In this document: in pieces, positions 18,315-27,408 of the stretch
Position numbering within the stretch: position 1 is the stretch's first letter
Layout: each line of letters begins with the position of its first letter
Source of the DNA: a virus
Virus record (IMG/VR): IMGVR_UViG_3300024264_001700
Span: 1 to 64,000 of that record
Length of the DNA: 64,000 nucleotides
Reading direction: 5' to 3' (one strand)
Notes under the pieces: model-generated
Databases searched by the model: none
What the model saw: only the letters and a program-made list of their open reading frames with translations
What the model was told of the DNA's origin: nothing
Position numbers and translations under genes: made by a program

Positions 18315-18673
18315 AAGTACGCATAGGACCATATCGTAAAAATCGTGCTACAAGAGTTGAAATAGAACCGCACGACACATGGAGCATGGATTGTACACTT
18401 GCTATGATTATTCATCCTATGCTTGTACAACTCAAAGCAACAACACATGGATACCCTAGTGATCTTACTGAAGAACGTTGGAACGAAATACTAGATGAAA
18501 TGATCTGGGCATTTGGACACAAGTCAAAAGAAATGGATGCTGGAGATATGTGTCGTGATAAATGTTCAAACTTTGGTGATCCAGTATGCAAGGCTTGCAT
18601 AAACGAAACACAAGAACGTCTTACAAATGCATTTACATTGTTTGGCAAATACTACGAAAATTTATGGGATTGA
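18311..18673 (+). CDS. hypothetical protein
   Basis: 120 aa, ATGA overlap; DTWSMD, WNEILDEMIWAF, LFGKYYENLWD. Confidence 0.7.
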   Translation: MKVRIGPYRKNRATRVEIEPHDTWSMDCTLAMIIHPMLVQLKATTHGYPSDLTEERWNEILDEMIWAFGHKSKEMDAGDMCRDKCSNFGDPVCKACINETQERLTNAFTLFGKYYENLWD

Positions 18674-18679
18674 TAATAC

Positions 18680-18708
18680 TTGACACAAGCCAGATTCGGT
18701 GCTATAGT
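18680..18708 (+). promoter_or_regulatory. sigma70-type promoter
   Basis: TTGACA(18680-18685)-17 bp-TATAGT(18703-18708) with TG extension. Confidence 0.7.
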
Positions 18709-18737
18709 ATTATTATAAATTACACAAAGGCAAACTA

Positions 18738-19721
18738 ATGGCAACTTATATCCTAGTAGATACACTTAATACCTTCTTTCGAGCTCGACATGTTGTACGT
18801 GGAGACATTGATACTAAAGTAGGTATGGCATTACATATTACACTTAATAGTGTTAAGAAAGCATGGCAAGACTTTGATGCTGATCATGTTGTGTTTTGTT
18901 TAGAAGGTCGTAGCTGGCGTAAAGACTTTTATGAGCCTTACAAACGTAATCGTAAAGAACATAGAGATGCAATGACTCCTGTACAAGCAGAAGAAGATAA
19001 AGTGTTCTTTGAAATCTTTGACGAGTTTAAGAATTTTCTATATGAAAAAACTAATTGTACTGTAATACAAAATCCTGTACTAGAAGCAGATGATCTTATT
19101 GCTGGCTGGGTACAAAATCATCCTAACGATAATCACGTTATTATTAGCACCGACGGTGACTTTGCACAACTCATTGCGCCTAACTGTAGGCAGTACAATG
19201 GGGTAAGTAATACTACTATTACAGTAGAAGGATATTTTGATGACAAAGGCAAGCCCGTGCTGGATAAGAAGACAGGAGAAGCAAAGCCTGCTCCCGATCC
19301 TGAATTCATGTTGTTTGAAAAGTGTATGCGTGGCGACACTAGTGACAATGTGTTTAGCGCCTATCCAGGTGTTAGAAAAAAAGGCACAAAAAACAAAGTC
19401 GGACTAATCGAAGCATTTGAAGATAAAAATACAAAAGGCTTCAGCTGGAACAATATGATGTTACAGCGTTGGGTAGATCATGAAGGTGCAGAGCATCGTG
19501 TGTTAGATGATTACACACGTAATGTTACACTATGTGATTTAACTGCACAACCTGAGCACATTCGTACAGAAATTGATAATGTTATTCAATCAGTTGAAGG
19601 TAAAAATATTACACAAGTTGGCATGCGATTAATGAAATTTTGTGCTAAATGGGATATGCAGCGTATTGCAGATCAAGCTGCTTTATATTCTACACCGTTA
19701 TCTGCGAGGTATATTAAATGA
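18738..19721 (+). CDS. rnh: T4 RNase H-like 5'-3' exonuclease (FEN family)
   Basis: ILVD, SWRKDFYEPYKRNR, LEADDLIA, ISTDGDFAQL, GDTSDNV. Confidence 0.92.
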   Translation: MATYILVDTLNTFFRARHVVRGDIDTKVGMALHITLNSVKKAWQDFDADHVVFCLEGRSWRKDFYEPYKRNRKEHRDAMTPVQAEEDKVFFEIFDEFKNFLYEKTNCTVIQNPVLEADDLIAGWVQNHPNDNHVIISTDGDFAQLIAPNCRQYNGVSNTTITVEGYFDDKGKPVLDKKTGEAKPAPDPEFMLFEKCMRGDTSDNVFSAYPGVRKKGTKNKVGLIEAFEDKNTKGFSWNNMMLQRWVDHEGAEHRVLDDYTRNVTLCDLTAQPEHIRTEIDNVIQSVEGKNITQVGMRLMKFCAKWDMQRIADQAALYSTPLSARYIK

Positions 19722-20173
19722 AAGCAAAAACAATCCTAAAAGATAAATTTTGGATCTTAGAAGAAGAAGGAAATAATATCGGAACATTGTCTTGGGGCGA
19801 TGATAGATATATGTTTTCTAGCAAAAATAAAACATTATTTTTTGAGAATAAAAAAGAGATTAAAAATACCTTTGGGTTAGACATTAGTATTACAGAAGAT
19901 ACTGAACATACAATAGATCCTAATAAAGAGATATATAACTTTTCAACAAGTGTTATACCTTACAATAGCATGTACGATATAAAACGCAAATTGCCTTTAT
20001 TTACAAAAAGCAATAAAAGTAAGAGTCTTTATTGTGCAGGTTATTATATTATTCGTTTTGAAAAAGGTTGGGTTAAGAGTTTTTGTCCTAAACTAATTAC
20101 TGTTGAACGATATGAGTATAGAGGGCCATTTAAAACTGAGTTAGAAATGCGGCAGGAGTTATCACGTGTCTAA
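19718..20173 (+). CDS. hypothetical protein
   Basis: 151 aa, coupled; KLPLFTK, YCAGYY, FCPKLIT. Confidence 0.7.
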   Translation: MKAKTILKDKFWILEEEGNNIGTLSWGDDRYMFSSKNKTLFFENKKEIKNTFGLDISITEDTEHTIDPNKEIYNFSTSVIPYNSMYDIKRKLPLFTKSNKSKSLYCAGYYIIRFEKGWVKSFCPKLITVERYEYRGPFKTELEMRQELSRV

Positions 20174-20408
20174 AATAGAACCATTAAATACTATACCCTT
20201 ACAACAATTTTTACAACAAGTAAAGTCAGCAGATGCAAGTAGAGCAAAAGAAGTTAAGTTAGAAATTAGTGCAGCAAAAAATCTTGCTTTTGCTTTAGGT
20301 ATTGTAATGAGCAGAATGCACGGCGACTTAGAAAAACTTGTTGCAGAATCTAAAAATTCTGATGACGAAGTTATACAAATTAATTTAGATGGTGGATCTA
20401 AGTTTTAA
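20166..20408 (+). CDS. hypothetical protein
   Basis: 80 aa, GTG start after AGGAG. Confidence 0.65.
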   Translation: MSKIEPLNTIPLQQFLQQVKSADASRAKEVKLEISAAKNLAFALGIVMSRMHGDLEKLVAESKNSDDEVIQINLDGGSKF

Positions 20409-20409
20409 G

Positions 20410-20471
20410 TGCGTAGTTAATGTTTTAAAAAGATAAATATATGCGTAGTTAATTAAAAGGATTACGCATAT
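20410..20471 (+). promoter_or_regulatory. direct repeat, late-type promoter and RBS-sequestering hairpin
   Basis: TGCGTAGTTAAT at 20410 and 20442; GATAAATA at 20432; ATATGCGTAGTT(20439-50) pairs with GATTACGCATAT(20460-71). Confidence 0.6.
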
Positions 20472-20754
20472 GAGCAGACCAAAGCCGAATATATTATTAG
20501 AATATGTAAACAATAAAACTTATAAATGTGAACAAATTTTAGAAGCTAATGCAATTTGGGCAGTATTCTATCAAGGTAAGCCTTTTAATCTTAAAAGTTC
20601 TAATGCATTAACAAGTTATCCAGGTCCAAAATATAAGAAAGTTAGTTTTTCAAATCCGGGTCACGCACACAATCTTGCAAAAAAATTAAATGATACGTTT
20701 AAAAGTAAAGAGTTTGCAGTATACAAACTTTCTACTGGCGAACTTATAGAATAA
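20470..20754 (+). CDS. small basic hypothetical protein
   Basis: 94 aa; PGPKYKKVSFSNPGHAHNLAKKLN. Confidence 0.75.
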   Translation: MSRPKPNILLEYVNNKTYKCEQILEANAIWAVFYQGKPFNLKSSNALTSYPGPKYKKVSFSNPGHAHNLAKKLNDTFKSKEFAVYKLSTGELIE

Positions 20755-21143
20755 TGAACTGGAAAGAAACATACACTAAAATATTCTTAAAACAATTAGG
20801 CATGGCATTAACTGAACCTAATATAAAACAGTATATGCCTATTTGGTGGCAAAATACTAGAGCAAAAGATGTAGGCGGGTTAAGATTAACCGAAGAAGGC
20901 TATCAAATGCTCAGTCAAATAGAAATAGCAGTATATGATGTGCCTTATCCAAAGGATATGCCTCTTACTACTCAGGTAATAATTTTTTTAGATCAATTTA
21001 TTGATTGTCCGTATTTTTTAACAAACAGAAGTATAACTGTTACAAACGAAAAGAAAGCTGTCGAACTTACTCTTTTTAGCGGAGACTTACGCAAATACGG
21101 ATTAACAAAAGCACTATCACGTCAGAAAAAAGATGCGAATTGA
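20754..21143 (+). CDS. hypothetical protein
   Basis: 129 aa; WWQNTR, GGLRLT, DCPYFL. Confidence 0.7.
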   Translation: MNWKETYTKIFLKQLGMALTEPNIKQYMPIWWQNTRAKDVGGLRLTEEGYQMLSQIEIAVYDVPYPKDMPLTTQVIIFLDQFIDCPYFLTNRSITVTNEKKAVELTLFSGDLRKYGLTKALSRQKKDAN

Positions 21144-21363
21144 CTTACACGGATATTATATTCATAACGGATGGCAGCAATTTAATCAAAGAATAAATGA
21201 AGCTTATTTCTCAGGTTATAAAAAATGTCACGTAATAACCGGACAAGGTGCTATGATGCGTGAGTTACCAATATGGGCAAGCAATCATCCACGTGTACGA
21301 GAATGTGTTCAGACAAAACATAATCCTGGAAGTTTTAGTATAAAGTTAAAGAAAAAAGGTTGA
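21133..21363 (+). CDS. stand-alone Smr domain protein
   Basis: IDLHG, HVITGQG, NPGS motifs. Confidence 0.8.
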   Translation: MRIDLHGYYIHNGWQQFNQRINEAYFSGYKKCHVITGQGAMMRELPIWASNHPRVRECVQTKHNPGSFSIKLKKKG

Positions 21364-21387
21364 CTTCTACAGTACTTGTGTTATATT
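21360..21387 (+). promoter_or_regulatory. sigma70-type promoter
   Basis: TTGACT-16 bp-TATATT with TG extension. Confidence 0.5.
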
Positions 21388-21419
21388 AAGTGTATAGGGT
21401 AACATATAAGGAATAGATT

Positions 21420-22502
21420 ATGTCTGAAGCACGTACACTTAGTCCGAGTAAATCAAAAAATGCATTGCGTGTTGCAATGAAAAAGAAACGTCCAATTTTT
21501 CTTTGGGGGCCTCCAGGTATTGGTAAATCTGATATTGTAGGACAAATTACAAATAGTTTTACAAATTCACACTTAATCGACATTCGCTTGTCATTATGGG
21601 AACCTACAGACATTAAAGGTATTCCGTACTTTGACAGTAACTCAGGTACAATGGTTTGGGGTGCACCTAGCGAACTTCCAACAGAAGAATTTGCGGCGCA
21701 GTTCGATCACATTACACTATTCTTAGACGAAATGAATTCGGCAGCGCCTAGTGTACAAGCGGCAGCATACCAGTTGATTCTTAATCGTCGTGTAGGACAA
21801 TACAAATTACCAGATAATGTTACTATAATTGCCGCAGGTAACCGTGAAGCTGACAAAGGTGTTACATACCGTATGCCTGCTCCGTTAGCTAATCGTTTCA
21901 TACACATTGAAATGGGTGTTGCATTTGACGACTGGTTTAACTGGGCAGTTGATAATAAAATCAATACCGACGTTGTAGGTTACCTACAGTTTGCAAAACA
22001 AGATCTTTACGATTTTGATCCTAAAAGTTCATCACGTTCGTTTGCAACACCTCGTTCATGGTCGTTTGTTAGTGAACTACTAGACGATGAGTTAGATGCA
22101 GGTACAACAACAGACTTAGTTGCCGGTGCCGTAGGCGAAGGTCTTGCAGTAAAGTTTATGGCACATCGTAAAGTTGCGTCCAGCATGCCTAACCCAACTG
22201 ACATCCTTGCTGGTAAAGTTAAAGAACTGAAGACAGACGAAATTAGTGCAAAATATTCTCTTACAGTAAGTCTATGTTATGAATTAAAAGAATCAGCAGA
22301 TACAAACGATAAAAAGTTTGATTCAAAAGTTAATAACTTCCTACGTTTTGCTATGGATAACTTTGAAACAGAATTAGTTGTTATGGGTATTAAGTTGGCA
22401 CTTACGCAGTATGCATTGCCGATTGATCCAGACGAAGTAGATTGCTTTGACGAATTCCACGAAAAATATGGTAAGTATATTAAGGCAGCACAATCAGCTT
22501 GA
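21420..22502 (+). CDS. MoxR-like AAA+ ATPase
   Basis: GPPGIGKS (Walker A), LFLDEMN (Walker B), AAGN, LANRF, TPRSW. Confidence 0.9.
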   Translation: MSEARTLSPSKSKNALRVAMKKKRPIFLWGPPGIGKSDIVGQITNSFTNSHLIDIRLSLWEPTDIKGIPYFDSNSGTMVWGAPSELPTEEFAAQFDHITLFLDEMNSAAPSVQAAAYQLILNRRVGQYKLPDNVTIIAAGNREADKGVTYRMPAPLANRFIHIEMGVAFDDWFNWAVDNKINTDVVGYLQFAKQDLYDFDPKSSSRSFATPRSWSFVSELLDDELDAGTTTDLVAGAVGEGLAVKFMAHRKVASSMPNPTDILAGKVKELKTDEISAKYSLTVSLCYELKESADTNDKKFDSKVNNFLRFAMDNFETELVVMGIKLALTQYALPIDPDEVDCFDEFHEKYGKYIKAAQSA

Positions 22503-22526
22503 CAAATGTTATAAATGTGTTATAAT
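22499..22526 (+). promoter_or_regulatory. sigma70-type promoter
   Basis: TTGACA(22499-22504)-16 bp-TATAAT(22521-22526) with TG extension. Confidence 0.65.
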
Positions 22527-22553
22527 AACATTATAAGTAATAAAGGGCAAACA

Positions 22554-23879
22554 ATGTTAGACTTTTTACCATCATACGTAGCAATGCAAATGTCTGCAAA
22601 AGATACTCAAACTAAACTAAAACACTGGGCACCTGATCCTGATATCACCGACGATCAACTCGAAACGATGCAGAAAGATGTGCTCGATCGTATCATTACT
22701 GCTCGAGTAGGACTGTTATTAAGACATCCATTTTTTGGTAATATGGCAACACGTTTAAAGATTATTGCTGCCGATGACTGGTTGATGACTGCGGCTGTAG
22801 ACGGTCGTAACTTGTATTTCAACACTCAGTTCTTTAATGCAATGAATAATAAAGAAATTGAGTTTGTTATTGCACACGAAATTTTACATATGGTATTTGA
22901 TCACTTAGGCAGACGTGAAAGTCGTAATCCTATGCTGTACAATATTGCCGCAGATTACATTGTAAACAATCTACTTGTACGTGATCGAATCGGTACTAAG
23001 CCTAGCTTTATCGATTGTTATCAAGACTTCAAATACGAAGGTTGGACATCAGAAGCTGTTTACGACGAACTATTTGATGAAGCTAAAAAGAATGGTGAAG
23101 AGTTTGTAAAACAACTAGGAGAAATGTTAGACGAACATTTAGACTTAGAAGGCGAAGACGGCGACGAAGGTAACGGACAGGGCAAAAACGGTAAAGGTCG
23201 TCCTAAGTACAGCAAAGCCGAAATGGATCAAATACGTGACGAAGTAAAAGAAGCAATGATTGCTAGTTCTCAAAGTGCCGGAGCAGGTAATACACCTGCA
23301 GGTGTACAGCGTATGATTAAAGAGCTTACTGAACCTAAAATGAACTGGCGTGAATTATTACGTCAACAAATACAATCAACTATTAAAAGTGATTATACAT
23401 TTAGTCGTCCTTCACGTAAAGGCTACCAAAGCGGTGCCATTTTGCCAGGTATGAGTTTTCAAGATACTATTGATATTTGTGTAGCAATTGATATGAGCGG
23501 ATCAATCGGTAGTAAACAAGGTGAAGACTTCTTAGGCGAAGTTAAAGGCATTATGGACGAATATCAAGATTACAAAATTAAAGTATGGTGCTTTGACACT
23601 AAGGTATATAATGAGCAAGACTTTACAGCAGATGACGGTGAAGACTTGTTAGACTACGAAATTATGGGCGGTGGCGGCACCGACTTTGATGCCAACTGGA
23701 AGTATATGAAAGAACAAGATATTCAACCCAAAAAGTTCTTGATGTTTACAGACGGTTATGCGTGGGATAGCTGGGGCGACCCAGACTGGTGCGAAACAGT
23801 ATTTGTTATTCACAGCCACCACGATAAGAATCTCGAAGCACCGTTTGGTGTTACAGCTCACTATGAGGAAGCGGCTTGA
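22554..23879 (+). CDS. metallopeptidase-like plus VWA domain protein (MoxR partner)
   Basis: HEILH (HExxH), DMSGS (MIDAS), GGGTDF, FTDG; start uncertain. Confidence 0.85.
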   Translation: MLDFLPSYVAMQMSAKDTQTKLKHWAPDPDITDDQLETMQKDVLDRIITARVGLLLRHPFFGNMATRLKIIAADDWLMTAAVDGRNLYFNTQFFNAMNNKEIEFVIAHEILHMVFDHLGRRESRNPMLYNIAADYIVNNLLVRDRIGTKPSFIDCYQDFKYEGWTSEAVYDELFDEAKKNGEEFVKQLGEMLDEHLDLEGEDGDEGNGQGKNGKGRPKYSKAEMDQIRDEVKEAMIASSQSAGAGNTPAGVQRMIKELTEPKMNWRELLRQQIQSTIKSDYTFSRPSRKGYQSGAILPGMSFQDTIDICVAIDMSGSIGSKQGEDFLGEVKGIMDEYQDYKIKVWCFDTKVYNEQDFTADDGEDLLDYEIMGGGGTDFDANWKYMKEQDIQPKKFLMFTDGYAWDSWGDPDWCETVFVIHSHHDKNLEAPFGVTAHYEEAA

Positions 23880-24154
23880 AAAAGTTTAAACCTAATATCT
23901 ATAATGTATTTAATGTAAGGAGAACAGAATTTCCACCTGATACATTTGAATATGCAGAGCTTCCTCTTAATTACAATATGCAATCTGCTATATCTAAATG
24001 GATAGATAGTAATCTAAAAAGTAGATACTATGTAGGCAGACATGTAACGCTAAATGACGAAAACTCTATTTCCTATTCTCTAAAAATAGGATTTGAAGAA
24101 GCGAAAGAGCTATCATATTTTATGTTAGCTTGTCCACATTTAAAATATAATTAA
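23876..24154 (+). CDS. hypothetical protein
   Basis: 92 aa, TTG start after GAGG. Confidence 0.55.
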   Translation: MKKFKPNIYNVFNVRRTEFPPDTFEYAELPLNYNMQSAISKWIDSNLKSRYYVGRHVTLNDENSISYSLKIGFEEAKELSYFMLACPHLKYN

Positions 24155-24188
24155 TAAAAAACTAATATATACTATACTAAAGGAGAAA

Positions 24189-24440
24189 ATGTCTATGACA
24201 AAAGAAGATCAAGTTCAAGAACCACAAGTTCAAGAACAAGCACCGGCAGCAGATCAAGGTCCAGAATTAACAATTAATGACCTTAATGCACTAAAATCAA
24301 TTATTGATGTTGCTAGTCAACGTGGTGCTTTTAAACCAAATGAAATGATGACTGTAGGACAAACCTACAGTAAGTTAGAAGCATTTTTAGGTGCTGTTGC
24401 ACAATCGCAGCCTGCACAAGGAAGTGCTCAAGGAGCGTAA
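24189..24440 (+). CDS. hypothetical protein
   Basis: 83 aa, AAGGAG RBS; IIDVASQRGAFKPNE. Confidence 0.75.
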   Translation: MSMTKEDQVQEPQVQEQAPAADQGPELTINDLNALKSIIDVASQRGAFKPNEMMTVGQTYSKLEAFLGAVAQSQPAQGSAQGA

Positions 24441-24441
24441 T

Positions 24442-25044
24442 ATGATGTTAAAACATACTGGAAGACTAAAAGCCAATCAACGAAAAGTGGTAGTAGCGTA
24501 CAAAGTTGTGCCCGGAGAACCGGAAAACTGTGTAGTAATAACTACAGAAAATCTTGGTGCTGATCAACACGATACGTTAATGCGTACACTTGAATCTTCA
24601 TCAGGACAAGAAGCATTTGAATTTGCTACTGTTATGCAACGTACATATTTGCCAGATGGTAGAAATATGCTTGCTGCCTTTCACACACAAGGCAAGATGG
24701 TAAAAATGCCAACAAACCAAATAGAAATGACGCCTGATCGTAATAGTGTAATTTTGTTAAGTGAGCTAAATGACATTATAGCTCAACAACGAGGAGTAAC
24801 AGTTGGAGACCTCGCCATATCTGATGGTTCAGGAACAAAGAAAGCTGCAAGCAAAGAAGTAATTGCAGATCCTGTAACACCAGTAGCGAGTACAGATAAC
24901 GCTGTACTTTCTGATGACGAAATAGCTGCTAAATATCGTAGCGATGCCGATAGGCTTTTTAAAGAAGCAAAACGGTTACGTGAGCAAGCGGATGAAATAT
25001 CTCCTACCAAAAAGAAAACGAAAAAGACCGAAGAGAGTGCCTAA
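24442..25044 (+). CDS. hypothetical protein
   Basis: AAGGAG RBS before ATG 24442; basic coiled-coil C-terminus. Confidence 0.7.
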   Translation: MMLKHTGRLKANQRKVVVAYKVVPGEPENCVVITTENLGADQHDTLMRTLESSSGQEAFEFATVMQRTYLPDGRNMLAAFHTQGKMVKMPTNQIEMTPDRNSVILLSELNDIIAQQRGVTVGDLAISDGSGTKKAASKEVIADPVTPVASTDNAVLSDDEIAAKYRSDADRLFKEAKRLREQADEISPTKKKTKKTEESA

Positions 25045-25360
25045 AAACAAAAAGAATAATCTCCCTAAGGATGTTATAGATAGCTGGCCTGAAGTATTTA
25101 ATAATATAGAGATTAATACAGTCCCTATGAAATACCTCAGGTCAGTACTCATATATTTTAAAGACGGTAATGTATGGGATATTGATATGACGAAGCCAAA
25201 AAATAAAAATTTAACGTCAGAAGAAATAGAAGATAGTATAGAACAAATATTATACGAATACGACGATCATATAGTTAATGTAGATTTTGAACTAAATGTC
25301 GCTAAAGTAAAACATGATATTACTAAAAGAACAAAGTATTTCCTTAAGAAAAGAAAATAA
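25037..25360 (+). CDS. hypothetical protein
   Basis: probable GTG start at 25037; WPEVF, KHDITKRT. Confidence 0.6.
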   Translation: MPKNKKNNLPKDVIDSWPEVFNNIEINTVPMKYLRSVLIYFKDGNVWDIDMTKPKNKNLTSEEIEDSIEQILYEYDDHIVNVDFELNVAKVKHDITKRTKYFLKKRK

Positions 25361-25375
25361 TAAATGCGTAAAAGG

Positions 25376-25383
25376 CATAAATA
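25376..25383 (+). promoter_or_regulatory. late-type promoter motif
   Basis: CATAAATA (cf. T4 late TATAAATA) upstream of the fibre-like gene. Confidence 0.45.
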
Positions 25384-25414
25384 CATGTAGCGCAGCATAC
25401 CCAGGAGTTACGAG

Positions 25415-26701
25415 ATGGCTTTACGTCTAAGACGAGGAACAGATTCAGAAAGATTATTAATTACACCAGCAGAAGGTGAATTAATATATGCAACAGATAC
25501 AAAACTACTTTTTGTAGGTGACGGTGTTACAGTAGGTGGTAACGCAGTAGATACTAACACACAAGTTAGTTTAGAAGCAGCATTAGGCGAATTAAGCATT
25601 GATAGCTTCGGAGATGTTAATTCAGATAGTACAATTCCAAATGATGGAGATGTATTAGCATATGATGCTAGTTCAGGAGACTGGAGAGCAAGTTCAACCG
25701 CGGGTGGCGCAGCAACACTAGGCGAATTAACTGATGCAGATACAACAGGTGTTTTAAACGATGATGTTCTTGTGTATAATAGCGCAACTTCAGCATTTGA
25801 AAGAGAAACCTTCCGATTAGAAACATTACGTGATGTTAATTTTACTAACTTAACTAACTCTGTATTAGTATATGATAATGTAGCAGGTACATTTAATCAA
25901 GTAGATTCATTAAACAATAATATTGTAGATGCAAACGGTATTACGATATTAGATGCAAACTTAGCCGAATTTAATGGCGCTTTGCGTGGTGATATTCTTT
26001 CTGAAGATAGTAGTGTTATACTTTCAGTAGGTATCGGTGATACAGATAGCACTTTATTTGCAAATGTAACAGGCAATGTAACTGGGGACACAAACGGTAC
26101 ACACACAGGTGTAGTAATTGGTAATGTTACTGGTAACGTTGTAGGTGATGTAACAGGAAATGTAACTGGAGACGTTAGTGGTAATGTTGTAGGCGGAGCA
26201 AGTTCATCAGTTACGACTGAATCTGTTGTAACTGATTTTATTTCTGCTCCTGATAATTCATTACAATTTACTGGCACAGGTGATATCAATAGACTAGTTT
26301 TTAACAGAACAGAGGCAGGCGCACTTGCAGATGACTCGCCGATAGGCCGTTTAACTTTTGCTAAAACAGACTCAACTGGACCAACAACTACAACTATTAG
26401 TACATTAGATGTTACAAATGATCACCTGATATATTTCCCACAGCCGGGAGGTTCAGGTAATTCTAGTAATTATTTTAAATTACATTCTAATGGTAAAATG
26501 CAAATTAGTGTTCCTGGAGCAATTGGTACAGTACCAACAGCAGGTTTAGAAGTTGGTGGATCAATTAAACCAGGGGTCTATGCAGATGCTAGTGCAAGAG
26601 ATACAGCTATTACTGCTCCGACAGCCGGAGAAATGGTTTTTGTAACTGATGTTGCAAAGTTCCAAGGGTATGACGGATCTAGTTGGGTTAATTTAAACTA
26701 A
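25415..26701 (+). CDS. virion fibre/structural protein
   Basis: MALRLRRGT...EGELIYATDTKLLFVGDG N-terminal module, GDVLAYD...W repeats, G[ND]V[TV] repeats, C-terminal GEMVF...FQGYDGSSWVNL. Confidence 0.75.
   Translation: MALRLRRGTDSERLLITPAEGELIYATDTKLLFVGDGVTVGGNAVDTNTQVSLEAALGELSIDSFGDVNSDSTIPNDGDVLAYDASSGDWRASSTAGGAATLGELTDADTTGVLNDDVLVYNSATSAFERETFRLETLRDVNFTNLTNSVLVYDNVAGTFNQVDSLNNNIVDANGITILDANLAEFNGALRGDILSEDSSVILSVGIGDTDSTLFANVTGNVTGDTNGTHTGVVIGNVTGNVVGDVTGNVTGDVSGNVVGGASSSVTTESVVTDFISAPDNSLQFTGTGDINRLVFNRTEAGALADDSPIGRLTFAKTDSTGPTTTTISTLDVTNDHLIYFPQPGGSGNSSNYFKLHSNGKMQISVPGAIGTVPTAGLEVGGSIKPGVYADASARDTAITAPTAGEMVFVTDVAKFQGYDGSSWVNLN
26060..26195 (+). repeat. coding tetrapeptide repeat G-[N/D]-V-[T/V/S]
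   Basis: ANVTGNVTGDTNGTHTGVVIGNVTGNVVGDVTGNVTGDVSGNVVG; degenerate 12-nt period. Confidence 0.8.
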
Positions 26702-27408
26702 ACACCTAAAACACTTATTAATTTTATTACATTATCCCAAGTTTTTGGAATATTCATTATTAGATGAATACTTCCATTTGCCCAAGCATGTGTTCTATGC
26801 ACTTTAGTTGTGTCAATATAAATTACATTTCCAGGAGTAATCGGCAATCTTCTTCCGTTTTGTTCCCATTCAAATGCTTCGTCATCTGTATTATCAAAGA
26901 ATGCACATATTCTAAAACAATCTCTAGTTAAATATTGATGATCTCTATGTGGTGGAAAATATGCTCCTGCGTCTGCTCTAACTAAAAATGTTCTTCCTAA
27001 AGGTGAGAAATAATCGCAAAGATCATGAATGCTAGTAAGGTCCTTGTATAACTGTGTAGGATAATTAAAATCAGCTTCCATTACTTTATGTCCTACACGC
27101 TTTCTAGCTTCAGGCAAACTTAAACTATCATTACAGTCATCACCTTCTAATCCCCAAAGCATCAATCCATATCTAGGATCAGATTCACCTTCTCTAGGAA
27201 GATAATCAACCCATTTGTCGTTATATGGTTCTATCTCACTATTAAATTTGTCTATATCTAAATTAAAGTTCAACTTAGCATAATCACCTAACATTGCTAG
27301 TTGCTGTTCGCAATGCATTTGTTCGTCAGTAGGAACAAACATTTTAGAATCGTTTTCGTGCCCACCTATAAAATTGTGCCTAATATATTTTTTAAATCTA
27401 TCTTCCAT
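26698..27408 (-). CDS. Fe(II)/2OG oxygenase, Asp/Asn beta-hydroxylase-like
   Basis: FPPHRD (HxD) ... YIDTTKVHRTH. Confidence 0.7.
   Translation of the reverse strand: MEDRFKKYIRHNFIGGHENDSKMFVPTDEQMHCEQQLAMLGDYAKLNFNLDIDKFNSEIEPYNDKWVDYLPREGESDPRYGLMLWGLEGDDCNDSLSLPEARKRVGHKVMEADFNYPTQLYKDLTSIHDLCDYFSPLGRTFLVRADAGAYFPPHRDHQYLTRDCFRICAFFDNTDDEAFEWEQNGRRLPITPGNVIYIDTTKVHRTHAWANGSIHLIMNIPKTWDNVIKLISVLGV

Noticed and set aside
26060-26195. Periodic DNA repeats as a possible CRISPR array or VNTR
   Set aside because: Degenerate 12-nt period explained by a coding tetrapeptide repeat; no spacers or cas genes
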